DNA of 18,202 nucleotides from a virus. Each line of letters begins with the position of its first letter. The first letter of the stretch is position 1. Below, in pieces: positions 9,143-18,202 of the stretch. The notes beneath the pieces were generated by a model. The model ran no database searches and was not told the origin of the DNA. It saw nothing but the letters and a program-made list of their open reading frames with translations. The translations under genes and the position numbers were made by a program. The DNA is taken from the UHGV virus genome UHGV-0153103; one strand, given 5' to 3'.

Positions 9143-9149
9143 ATTTCTG

Positions 9150-12100
9150 TTAATCCACTCCCACTTTTTTGTTGTACTCGCGGTTAAACCGATCCACGGC
9201 AACCTTCATATCCCGCTCTACCGATTTCACCATCGCCGCCTGCTGCGCCAGACTGAGAGAACTGTCGGCATAAATGGCATCGCGCTGTTTGCGCAAATCC
9301 TTCAGTCTCTTCCGGGTATCCTGCATAAGCCCGTTCATCAACAATTTTCCGTTGTTCTCGTCAATGAACGCCGTTCTTTCTGCACCGGTCAGACTCTTCA
9401 GCTCTGCGTGATACTGCGCAACCTCTGTCATCCGGTCGTACATCTTCTGCTGGTCTGCATACGGCATCACCTCACCCGAAATTTTCCCCAGGAAGGGCAC
9501 CTGCTGTTCCGGTATATCAATACCATTCAGCGATTTCACCGCCGCATCCGTGGTTTTGGAAATGAAGCGCCCTGTCCCTCCGGAGATATAGTCAATCCAG
9601 AATTTCAGCGATTCCGGTGTGATATCCACCGCGCCGGGACGATACTGGCTGCCACCTGAGAACGCATTCAGCCAGGATGCAAACGCCTTGTACGCTTCTG
9701 GCGTTGAACGTCTTCCCAGCTGGCTGTCAGGTTTTGGTGTACCAAACGGCATGTTCTCCTGGTAAATCTGCGCCCCCATGAAGTTTTCATTCATGGCAAG
9801 GTTCGCAAACGGACGCAGAATGGTCGGTGCTGCGTTTTTCAGCAATGCCCCCGACAACGTTTCCGACGTCTCGCTGCCGATCGGGCTGAATGCTCCCAGG
9901 ATACCGCCGACAACATTACCGGCAGCACGTGAAGCAGTCAGGTCGCCCGCTGCCACACCTTCAGCTGTATGACCAAGCAGGAAGAACACGTTGTACCCGT
10001 AAGGCAGAGGAATACTCCAGTACTCACCGGCCTTGCCCCCGAACATCGATTTCATGATGACGAGGTTACGCTCTTTCACATGAGACGGTACTTTGTCGTA
10101 CCAGTTAACCCCGTCATCATCCTCACCCGCCACACTGCGGTTAAGCGAGCCAAGCAGATAACCCGCTCCCACAGCTGCAAGCACGATTTTCTGCGGTACA
10201 TTGAGATTCTTCCAGCGAAGGCGCTCCAGTAACGGCCCGTCGCCATTAAGATGTCCGAGCGTTCTCACCAGGTTTGCGGTCCCCTGAATGCTGGCGTTGG
10301 CAAACATGTACAGCGAGTTCATCAGCATCCCCTGCTCACCACGACGGTTAAAGTTCACCGTCATGTTTTTGGCAAGAGACGCCGCCTGCTGGCGTGACAA
10401 ACCGGCATCACGGGCGTGTTTATAGGCAGAAAGACGCAGAGCGTTTTCAACCGCGCCGTTGGCATCCTCGACCAGGTTCAGGAACGAATGCCATGCACCG
10501 ATACTCTGGCCTTTCCATCCGCCCTTCGCCAGCGACACAAGGCGATCCATTTCCTTCTGCTGGCCCTCAAGGTCACCCATGTTAAACCAGCCGGTTTTAC
10601 CTCCGTCCTCAACAAACTCTTTCCACACTTTCTGCCACTGTGCGCCTTTGCCCGTGAGGGTTTTACCCCGCAGACTTGCGTATACGGCTGACATGGCGGA
10701 ACGGCTGTCTTTCACCACAGCCAGCGCGGATAAGTTATCCAGCCCTTTCAGTTTGCCGTCGCTTCTTCCCTGCTCAGCCTTCAGGTTCATCACCGCAGTC
10801 TGCACGTCACGGATGAAGTTACTGACCAGAAATTCCGGGTTATACGACGTGTTCACCGTTGCCAGGAAGCGGTTAACTTTCCCCAGCGTACGGATTACGG
10901 CGTTACTGGTTTCCGGCCCCATGTTCTTCATCGCACGCATCAGGCGCGGATCATGAAGTTTAATGTAGTAAGTTTTGCCGTCCTTTTTGGTGGTGAAGTA
11001 GCGATCCGCCATCATTGCCATCGGCACAGGGCGCTCGACAACTTCGCGAATGGTTTCACCAGTTTCCTGGTCCTTGCGCTCTGCAATCACACGCATTGTA
11101 TCCGGTCTGTCATCAGTGAATACCTGCCAGTAATCCTTGTCGGGATTATCCTGTACCAGTTTCAGGAAGGCGTTACCCACTTCATTTTTGCGATTGCGGA
11201 TCAGCGATTCACTCAAATCCTGTATCGCCTGAGTGGAAGGAGACTGTGCGCGGGATGCACGCCCCATGGCCTGCTTACTTTCACGCCCGCCGATGGTGAA
11301 TCCCTTGCCTGTACGTGGCAGTGACACCACACCGTCAACATCCTGCCCTTTCAGGGGGACGTAGTAACGGTAGGCTTTCTGCCAGGCATCCACCACGCCG
11401 CTCTCTTCCAGTCCTGCCTCACGGATAATCTCACGGCGACGGGCCAGCATATCGTCAATAATCCCTGCCAGACGGTCATACTGTGCCTGTTTGCCGCTGT
11501 TACGCACACGCTGCATGATTTCCGCCGCTTCCGCGTTGGTCATCCCCGAACCGCCGTCCGGCATTTTCGGGTTGATTTTCGCAATATGCGCGTTACGTTC
11601 CGGCGCGTGACGGGCGTAGAGGTACTCATCCAGATCGGCCTGCGCAATTTTGTAGTCCGCCAGCAATTTGGCCAGCGGCTGAACGTAGCGCTCCTTCATT
11701 ACGTTCAGGTCGTTTTCCGCCTTCCCGTGGAAGAGTTCTTCAGCCATATAGGCGTTATTGCTGTCATCTATTTTTCCGCCAGTTTTACGGATATTCTCCT
11801 GCACCGCCTTCAGCACCTGGAATTTATCCTGCATCTGGCGAACAAAACGGGATGCAATTGTCTCTTCCGGCGTCAGACTGCTGGTGCGGGAGTAATACGG
11901 CCCCTTGCGAATATCTTCAGGATAGAGTATTTTATCTACAGAGCCGCGATAAGAATGTTCCCCTTTGGGCAATTGAAGCCCTCTGTGCAGAAGGTTATCG
12001 CGGCTTAATTTTTTCTTCCGGTAAAGCGTTAATCCGGCTTTATCCAGACTATTTGCCTTATTCATTCCTCCTTCCGTACCGTAAACCGAAGCTACCTTGT

Positions 12101-15100
12101 TGATTTCCAGGCGCGACCGGACAGCCTTCATGTGTACCGCTGACACTACAGGATCACCATTTTTATCCATGGCATCAAGCAGCATCACAACCGCATTTCT
12201 TTCTGTCGCGGAACGGTAAATTGCATCCGGATCGTGCATCAGTTCCGGTAGTCTCTCGATAACATCCATCGGCACCACATGTTTCACTCCATTGGTGGCC
12301 TTACGCACAGTGTCGCGGGAGATAACCAGCGGCAAATCTGGTGCGCCAAGGTGACGCAATACCGGCGGCGTACGCCCGATGTTTACCGTTAAATCTGTGG
12401 TGCGCAGAGACTTCATCATTCTGGCAAGGTCATCACGATAACGCTCGCCCTCACCTTCCGGCACTTTGAACGGATCAGGCTTACCGCTACGGGAGTACTG
12501 AGACGATGCGTCCGCGCCATCCTCACGCGGCGTGTAACCTTCCCGCACACGCTGGCCTAACGTGCGAATAGTTTCGCGAACAAGTCTGATATCGTTCAGT
12601 TCCGTCGGCTTCAGTAACCCCGTACGACGCAGTACCCCTTTGACCAGGGCAACAACACGCTCCCATGCCGCCACGAATTTAATCGGCTGCTTCTCTGCCA
12701 TATGCGCCAGAAATTCACCCGCCTGCACTTCCGGTGATTCCTTACCATAAGACGCATCAACCTTACGCCAGGCTTCACGGATGGTGGCGTTATCACTGTC
12801 ACGGGTTTTCAGCACGGTCTTAATAATCGTCTGATATTCCGCTGGCGTGACTACATGCTCCATTGCATGGTGAATAATCTCGTGACGTAACTTCTCGCGA
12901 ACGGTCCGCCCGTCAGGGATGTTATCCGCCACCAGGACAATTTCACGTTTATCCGGACGATAGAACGCGTGCACCTTGCCGTAACCGTCGAATGATTCAC
13001 CCGCCAGTGCTTCAGCCTCTTTCTGTGACTTCACCACGCGGACCTTCAGGTCACTGTCCTTAATGCCACTAATCACGCCACGGGCAACAGCTTCAACCTG
13101 CGGGACCGGACTGCCTTTGGCTTCCGCACTGCGGTTAACATCCGAAATCAGATTGCCTTCAGGTGTGCGGGTCACGCCCTTACGGGAATAAAACGCAACT
13201 CCCTTGTCCGTCTCACGGGTTTTCAGTGTTCGGAACAAGTGATCGAATGCCTCACGAATACCGCCATCCAGTTCTGCATTCGTCGGATAAGCGTAGGTGT
13301 CCGGCTGTCCATGGTCATCCGCCTTACGGATATTGACCAGATAATCATTCTCCACGCCAGCCATACGCGCTTTATCCTGAACATAACGCTCAAAGGCTCG
13401 CGCCGCCATTTCAACATCCGTTGACCAGTACGGTTTTGAACGAACGCCATCCAGGCGTTCAGAACGACGCAACATGTCACTGCTGTTAATGGCTTTCATC
13501 ACGCCTTTAAACGCGTCGTAAACCTCCTGACGTACCGGATATTCCGCATCAACATACCTGCCGTCTTTAAATACGCGCCCGGCACGCTGTGCTTCCGTCA
13601 TATAGTCGCCACCTGACGTGATCTTCCCGTCAGTGGAAACATCATAACGACCAAAATAATTATCCAGTGAATGGAACCATTCGTGGGCCAGCGCCCCCGG
13701 TCCGTTACCTTTTGTCAGGTTGATTGCCACCTCACCCGGCTCATAGTGTGCCGCCGCCTTACCCTTACCACGGGCACCAAAAGCAAGCCCAAGACGACCG
13801 TTCAGAGAAAGCGCTTTTGTCGGCACGTTCAGCACGTCAGCCAGGTCATGCAGCGAGTCATAAGCCCGGTTCAAATCAGCCTGACGACGCGGACTTTCCA
13901 CATAATTACCAAACTGCACACCACGAAAACCAAACGCATCACTGAACTGCTCCGGCGAAACATCCCCCTTGCGGCGTTCTGGTCCGGTACGATCGCGGTT
14001 GGTGGCGTTACGCTGCTCCTCACGCGAGACTTCACGCAGCGCCTTCACCTGATTAACCAGCTCATCACGATGTGTGCGCACATAATCATGTGCATCACGG
14101 GCAGACTCAAAACCGCCCTTCAGTTTCTGCCTGTTTTTGCCATAACCGATAAAAATGTCGCCACTGGCCTTATGCCGGTACACGTCAAAGGTTATTCTGT
14201 CATCAGCAGAGGTTGCTGGCGTTTCCCTTTCTCTGGAGCCTTGTTCATCGAAATATGCTTTCGCCTTTTTCAGTAACTCATCCCGGCTTTCCGAGAAAAA
14301 GAGGTCGCGCCCCTTGCTATCACGAAGCGAATACATCATTTGCGGCGGATCGTAACGTTTTCCCCCGACAAACGAATAAACACCGGACCTGACACGATAG
14401 CCGGATGCTTTATCAATCTGCAATGCAGAAAGCGTACGGAGCAGTTTCCAGGTATCCGACATGCTCCGTAACCCCGGCTTACTGTCCATCATATCAGCCA
14501 GTTTCGCTGCCGGAATTTTCCCCTCCAGCATACCGGCAGTAGCTTCGCGACCGCTTTTAACAATGCTGATCCATTTCTGCATGTTACGGCTTGTTCTGGT
14601 GGGAATTTCACTGCGATACAACGCCATCATTGCCAGCGTGTCACTATCCACACCTTCTTTTTCCAGACGGGCATAATCCGGCTTTGGAAACAGTTTGCTC
14701 AGTGGTTGTGTCGCGTACTCCCCATCCTCCAGCGTTTTACCCATAGCTTCAGCAAGCTGCGCATAACGGTGTTTTGCCGCGCCCTTAATCTCCTCGCCAA
14801 AGTCTTCAATTTTCGCACCACGCGCCTGCTGGTGAGTGCTCGGTTTATCTACCGGCACCGGCACCTCAGTATCCGGAACATCGGTTATGGTCTGGCGATT
14901 ATCCCCGGTCTGTCTGCGTGCTTCTGCCTGCTGTGCCAGTTCCGGAAGGGAGTCACGAACCATACGAGGGAGTGATTCAGGCTGTGGCATATCAACCCCA
15001 CGCTGACTTTCAGGTGCAGGAAGACCTTCACGCACTGGTGCTGTGGCGTTCTGCTCATCCGGTGACGGCAGACCACGACGAACTGTTTCGCCCTCCAGTA

Positions 15101-17504
15101 TTTCCCCCTGGCGACCAGCGGCATTTTCCGGTGCCTGCGCACGTCCTTTCTGGAAACTCTGGCCCTTCACCTCACCGGTTGTGGTAAAACGACCACCACG
15201 TCCGGCCTGATTTTCATCCGGCGTACGCGCTACTTCTCCTGGTAACGGATATCCCTGTCCGGGATGAATATCGCCGGGAGCGGGAAGGCGTGGACGCTCA
15301 GTTAACTCCTGTGCTGTCGGACCGGCATCACCTTCAGCCATCTGGGAACGCACCAGTTCTTCCGCCGTCGGCGCGTTGCCACGAGCAAGACGGGCCTGCA
15401 CTTCTGTATCATCCCCCGTAAAACCACGGAATCGCGGGTCACGCATGAACGCGGGCTGTTCCATCGGATCAGCATCAGTAATACGCTCTCCGTCAGCCAG
15501 AGTGTTAATGGTCTCCGTTGCCACATCTTCAGAGAACGCAGGATTATCCATTTCAACGGCATACTGATTCTCGCCTTTCTTCACTACGGACGGTTTCAGG
15601 CCGGTGGCGCTGGCATTGCGGAAAACGTCGCTCCCCAGAGCACTTTTTTCATCCGTGAAATAACGGTTGTCCGGACGCACCTTTTCAATGCGTTCTGCTG
15701 GTCTGGACGCACCACTCTCGTTAATTTCAATACGAACTTCATCCGGATCGCGGAACCGCACCGTCGGGTAAATACTCCCGTCGCCATCATCCGCATTTTC
15801 CGGCTGTGGCTGTGCCTCCGGTCTGGCCTCCCGCTGAGGGCGAAGCACATCACGTATTGCCTGTAACTGCTGCTCTTCAGTATCAGTACGCCCTTCCTTC
15901 TGGCTGAGTTTTCGGTATTCCTCAAGCAGTTCAGGGCGCGGCTTCGCCTTCAGCTCATCCATCACCGCCTGTCGCTTCGCCTGTTCATCCAGTTCATTCA
16001 ACAGCTGGCTGGCGGCTTCCCGGCGATGAACGGCAGACGTGTCTCCCTCATGTGCCATATCCGCATCAGCATACTGTTCCAGAAGCTGCTCGCGATTCAT
16101 CCCCTGCATAGATTCACGATGCTGTGCCACCGGATCAACCGGTTCGGGTTGCGGAGCCGATTCGTCCTGAGGAACGCTTTCAGCCTCACGCATGGCTGCT
16201 TCATCTGCCGCCTGACGTTTTCCACGATATCCGGCAGCCGCACCGAATGGTGCCCCCATTGCAGCACCAAGGGCTGCACCTTCGATCGTTGCGTCAGCCA
16301 CGCCCTCCCACGGTGACACATCCATTCCGGCGGTCTCACGCAATGCCGTGTTTTCCTGATAGCGTGAATAGCCACCCTGCGCCGCATTAATCGTCCCCTG
16401 TTCCGTGGCATTTCTGACAATGCCGCTTTTAACGGTCTTCGCCGTGCCCCGCATCGCCAGATTAAGCAACTGAGCATCGCCCAGTTTTGCCGCCATGGCA
16501 TTCACAGCCAGCAATTCAGGATCGGTTGCCAGCTGCGCACGCACCTCATCGGCAACACGCTCTTTTGCCAGGTCCATTTTCTGGCGGTCAGTAAGCTGCG
16601 CGTGCTGCGGATCTGCATCAATTGACAAAAAGGTCTGCTGAAATTTCGGTGACTTCGCCAGCTCAGAATAATCCGCGTTAAGAACAGCATCTGCCGCTGC
16701 CATTGCACTCCGCCCTTGCGCACTGACAGTGGAATGGGTGATCAGGCCTGCCTGGAAAAAATCCGGCATTTTTTTATCGACAGCTTCGGCTGCCAGTGCT
16801 GTGGCTCTTTCCGGCTGCATCCCTGCCGCGATGTATTTTTTCTCCAGCCCGGCGGTCAGCACTTTTCGCAGAGTGACATCACCCAGCTTTTTAGTCACAC
16901 CGCCTGCAACCATATCCGGTACAAGCGCACCAATCAGGTTAACCCCTTTCGCTACCCAGACCGCTGAATCATCATATCCTTCAGTCATCGGTGTATTCAG
17001 CGCCCGCTGCGCCCCCGGCGACATCTTGCCAGTCAGCCATTCATCCGAGGCTTTAGCGCCGCCACTGACGGCCTTGCCTGTGACCTTCAGACCTTTACCG
17101 ACAGTATCAGTAACCGCATTTTTTCCATCAGGCAGAGTGTCGATGACCTCATCCGCCCCCTTGCTGCCACCGACAAAAATATCCTGAACAGTTGCGACTC
17201 CCGGCAGCCCCATACGGCTGAACTCATTTAAAATACGTACCCCTGTTTTTACCGGGCTCTGAATCATCGCATCACCGAGTCCACGGGCCATTTCCCCTGT
17301 CCCCCGGACGGACTGGGCGACACCTTTCCCCATAGTTGGCAATACATCGCCCAGGCTGAACGACGTGCTGTTGTCCTTCCAGCGATTGGGATCGGAGAAA
17401 AACACATCATAGCTGTCAGTCTCTCCCGGCTGCTGAATGTTCAGGCTGTTGCGGCTCTGGTTGCCAAATTGCGCTTCAGGGCGCTGTTCATCGGAATAAG
17501 CCAT
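9150..17504 (-). CDS. Giant multi-domain protein (2,784 aa) with two HExxH zincin-like motifs; candidate virion-delivered or polyvalent protein
   Basis: Uninterrupted 8.35-kb ORF; GGAG 6 nt upstream of the ATG at 17504; HEWFH at 13671..13685 (residue ~1274) and HEIIH at 12870..12884 (residue ~1541); Pro/Glu/Gln-rich region about residues 430-900; hydrophobic Gly/Ala-rich segments near the C-terminus (about 10050..10200); no P-loop seen. Confidence 0.85.
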   Translation of the reverse strand: MAYSDEQRPEAQFGNQSRNSLNIQQPGETDSYDVFFSDPNRWKDNSTSFSLGDVLPTMGKGVAQSVRGTGEMARGLGDAMIQSPVKTGVRILNEFSRMGLPGVATVQDIFVGGSKGADEVIDTLPDGKNAVTDTVGKGLKVTGKAVSGGAKASDEWLTGKMSPGAQRALNTPMTEGYDDSAVWVAKGVNLIGALVPDMVAGGVTKKLGDVTLRKVLTAGLEKKYIAAGMQPERATALAAEAVDKKMPDFFQAGLITHSTVSAQGRSAMAAADAVLNADYSELAKSPKFQQTFLSIDADPQHAQLTDRQKMDLAKERVADEVRAQLATDPELLAVNAMAAKLGDAQLLNLAMRGTAKTVKSGIVRNATEQGTINAAQGGYSRYQENTALRETAGMDVSPWEGVADATIEGAALGAAMGAPFGAAAGYRGKRQAADEAAMREAESVPQDESAPQPEPVDPVAQHRESMQGMNREQLLEQYADADMAHEGDTSAVHRREAASQLLNELDEQAKRQAVMDELKAKPRPELLEEYRKLSQKEGRTDTEEQQLQAIRDVLRPQREARPEAQPQPENADDGDGSIYPTVRFRDPDEVRIEINESGASRPAERIEKVRPDNRYFTDEKSALGSDVFRNASATGLKPSVVKKGENQYAVEMDNPAFSEDVATETINTLADGERITDADPMEQPAFMRDPRFRGFTGDDTEVQARLARGNAPTAEELVRSQMAEGDAGPTAQELTERPRLPAPGDIHPGQGYPLPGEVARTPDENQAGRGGRFTTTGEVKGQSFQKGRAQAPENAAGRQGEILEGETVRRGLPSPDEQNATAPVREGLPAPESQRGVDMPQPESLPRMVRDSLPELAQQAEARRQTGDNRQTITDVPDTEVPVPVDKPSTHQQARGAKIEDFGEEIKGAAKHRYAQLAEAMGKTLEDGEYATQPLSKLFPKPDYARLEKEGVDSDTLAMMALYRSEIPTRTSRNMQKWISIVKSGREATAGMLEGKIPAAKLADMMDSKPGLRSMSDTWKLLRTLSALQIDKASGYRVRSGVYSFVGGKRYDPPQMMYSLRDSKGRDLFFSESRDELLKKAKAYFDEQGSRERETPATSADDRITFDVYRHKASGDIFIGYGKNRQKLKGGFESARDAHDYVRTHRDELVNQVKALREVSREEQRNATNRDRTGPERRKGDVSPEQFSDAFGFRGVQFGNYVESPRRQADLNRAYDSLHDLADVLNVPTKALSLNGRLGLAFGARGKGKAAAHYEPGEVAINLTKGNGPGALAHEWFHSLDNYFGRYDVSTDGKITSGGDYMTEAQRAGRVFKDGRYVDAEYPVRQEVYDAFKGVMKAINSSDMLRRSERLDGVRSKPYWSTDVEMAARAFERYVQDKARMAGVENDYLVNIRKADDHGQPDTYAYPTNAELDGGIREAFDHLFRTLKTRETDKGVAFYSRKGVTRTPEGNLISDVNRSAEAKGSPVPQVEAVARGVISGIKDSDLKVRVVKSQKEAEALAGESFDGYGKVHAFYRPDKREIVLVADNIPDGRTVREKLRHEIIHHAMEHVVTPAEYQTIIKTVLKTRDSDNATIREAWRKVDASYGKESPEVQAGEFLAHMAEKQPIKFVAAWERVVALVKGVLRRTGLLKPTELNDIRLVRETIRTLGQRVREGYTPREDGADASSQYSRSGKPDPFKVPEGEGERYRDDLARMMKSLRTTDLTVNIGRTPPVLRHLGAPDLPLVISRDTVRKATNGVKHVVPMDVIERLPELMHDPDAIYRSATERNAVVMLLDAMDKNGDPVVSAVHMKAVRSRLEINKVASVYGTEGGMNKANSLDKAGLTLYRKKKLSRDNLLHRGLQLPKGEHSYRGSVDKILYPEDIRKGPYYSRTSSLTPEETIASRFVRQMQDKFQVLKAVQENIRKTGGKIDDSNNAYMAEELFHGKAENDLNVMKERYVQPLAKLLADYKIAQADLDEYLYARHAPERNAHIAKINPKMPDGGSGMTNAEAAEIMQRVRNSGKQAQYDRLAGIIDDMLARRREIIREAGLEESGVVDAWQKAYRYYVPLKGQDVDGVVSLPRTGKGFTIGGRESKQAMGRASRAQSPSTQAIQDLSESLIRNRKNEVGNAFLKLVQDNPDKDYWQVFTDDRPDTMRVIAERKDQETGETIREVVERPVPMAMMADRYFTTKKDGKTYYIKLHDPRLMRAMKNMGPETSNAVIRTLGKVNRFLATVNTSYNPEFLVSNFIRDVQTAVMNLKAEQGRSDGKLKGLDNLSALAVVKDSRSAMSAVYASLRGKTLTGKGAQWQKVWKEFVEDGGKTGWFNMGDLEGQQKEMDRLVSLAKGGWKGQSIGAWHSFLNLVEDANGAVENALRLSAYKHARDAGLSRQQAASLAKNMTVNFNRRGEQGMLMNSLYMFANASIQGTANLVRTLGHLNGDGPLLERLRWKNLNVPQKIVLAAVGAGYLLGSLNRSVAGEDDDGVNWYDKVPSHVKERNLVIMKSMFGGKAGEYWSIPLPYGYNVFFLLGHTAEGVAAGDLTASRAAGNVVGGILGAFSPIGSETSETLSGALLKNAAPTILRPFANLAMNENFMGAQIYQENMPFGTPKPDSQLGRRSTPEAYKAFASWLNAFSGGSQYRPGAVDITPESLKFWIDYISGGTGRFISKTTDAAVKSLNGIDIPEQQVPFLGKISGEVMPYADQQKMYDRMTEVAQYHAELKSLTGAERTAFIDENNGKLLMNGLMQDTRKRLKDLRKQRDAIYADSSLSLAQQAAMVKSVERDMKVAVDRFNREYNKKVGVD

Positions 17505-17515
17505 ACAGACTCCAT

Positions 17516-17540
17516 AAAAAAACCCGGCACAATGACCGGG
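17516..17540 (-). terminator. Rho-independent terminator (stem CCCGG/CCGGG, then 7 U) between the upstream gene and the giant gene
   Basis: On the minus strand: CCCGGTCATTGTGCCGGGTTTTTTT, ending 2 nt before the giant gene ribosome-binding site. Confidence 0.7.
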
Positions 17541-17572
17541 TATCAGGAAATAGTATTAACGGGAATGGTGAA

Positions 17573-18154
17573 TTACTGCGCGTAATTCTGTTTCAGACCA
17601 CGGATAAACTCAGATGCAGAGGCCGCGCTATCATCCCTGGCCTGTTCCTCCCTGGCCTTTTGAATACGGAGAAAATTCGCATACCCGTGTTCCAGCAATT
17701 TCTGATTCTGAGGCTCCAGCATTTCTGGCTGACGGGAGGCCACTTCTCTGGCAAATGCCTGCTTATCCGGATCATCACCCGCCCAACTGGTAATCCCTTG
17801 TTGAATTTTTTGCTGCTGAATTTGCTGCTGATACTGCGGCAGTCCCATCGAAGCATAATATTGCGTCACTGCTCCCTGCGCATCACCGCCGTCCTGTGCA
17901 ACCTTTATCGCTACCTGGCTGGCTCCTTTCTGAAGTTGATCCGCAGAAAGTCCCTGCTGCTTCGGCGTGAAATAGCCGAAATTTTTCGAAATTTCCGCGA
18001 ATTTACTGCGTTCCCTGACAAGCTCAACAGCCTTATCAACAGGCACCGCCAGCACGGTTTGATCATCAGGATGTGCACTGCCGTATTCCGTAACGGGTTT
18101 ATGTGCTGTAGAGCCATCACTGTATGTGAGATCAAGGCCGATAAGTATGTACCC
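17573..18154 (-). CDS. 3' portion of a gene truncated by the contig end; Gln-rich hypothetical protein
   Basis: ORF runs into adapter; the apparent MYKRQ start is translated adapter sequence; real residues begin ...GYILIGLDLTYSDG; no family recognised. Confidence 0.55.
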   Translation of the reverse strand, partial: GYILIGLDLTYSDGSTAHKPVTEYGSAHPDDQTVLAVPVDKAVELVRERSKFAEISKNFGYFTPKQQGLSADQLQKGASQVAIKVAQDGGDAQGAVTQYYASMGLPQYQQQIQQQKIQQGITSWAGDDPDKQAFAREVASRQPEMLEPQNQKLLEHGYANFLRIQKAREEQARDDSAASASEFIRGLKQNYAQ

Positions 18155-18202
18155 CTGTCTCTTATACACATCTGACGCTGCCGACGAAGCTAGAAGTGTA
18201 GA
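18155..18202. other. Library adapter (reverse complement of the adapter at 1..46)
   Basis: CTGTCTCTTATACACATCTGACGCTGCCGACGA + AGCTAGAA + GTGTAGA is the exact inverse of the 5' end. Confidence 0.95.

Noticed and set aside
9408-17187. Many plus-strand ORFs of 60-200 aa (for example 10459..10956, 13671..14276, 16729..17187)
   Set aside because: All lie antisense within the giant minus-strand ORF, with low-complexity P/R/S/H-rich translations typical of shadow frames in a GC-rich gene.
17660-18175. 171-aa plus-strand ORF and 86-aa minus-strand ORF (MCIRDR...) at the right end
   Set aside because: One is antisense to the truncated gene; the MCIRDR start is the well-known translation of the Tn5 mosaic-end adapter.

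Overview
This window is an adapter-flanked contig (Illumina Nextera/Tn5 adapter sequence inverted at both ends; genuine insert about 47..18154) from a lambdoid temperate phage. I had no search tools, so all identifications rest on reading the sequence and on recall of well-known proteins and sites. Left ~2.2 kb: an immunity region whose Cro (223..438, -), CI repressor (542..1174, +) and six 14-bp ACAA-N6-TTGT operators match phage 434 (imm434), flanked by lambda-like nutR and nutL and an N antiterminator gene (1879..2205). A small signal-peptide protein gene overlaps the cI stop, in the slot lambda uses for rexAB. 2.2-8.7 kb: a tightly packed, translationally coupled early-left operon (unknown 208-aa gene, intrinsic terminator, cIII-like, Rad52-like annealing protein, SSB, DnaQ-like exonuclease, four small unknowns, Ea22-like, PD-(D/E)xK-like, DUF551-like). 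8.7-9.15 kb: a perfect 9-bp x6 tandem repeat inside a small minus-strand ORF. 9.15-17.5 kb: a convergent 2,784-aa giant ORF with two HExxH motifs, a long Pro/Glu/Gln-rich region and C-terminal hydrophobic segments, preceded by an intrinsic terminator; this is the main candidate for something undescribed. No integrase, tRNA, rRNA or CRISPR array was seen.
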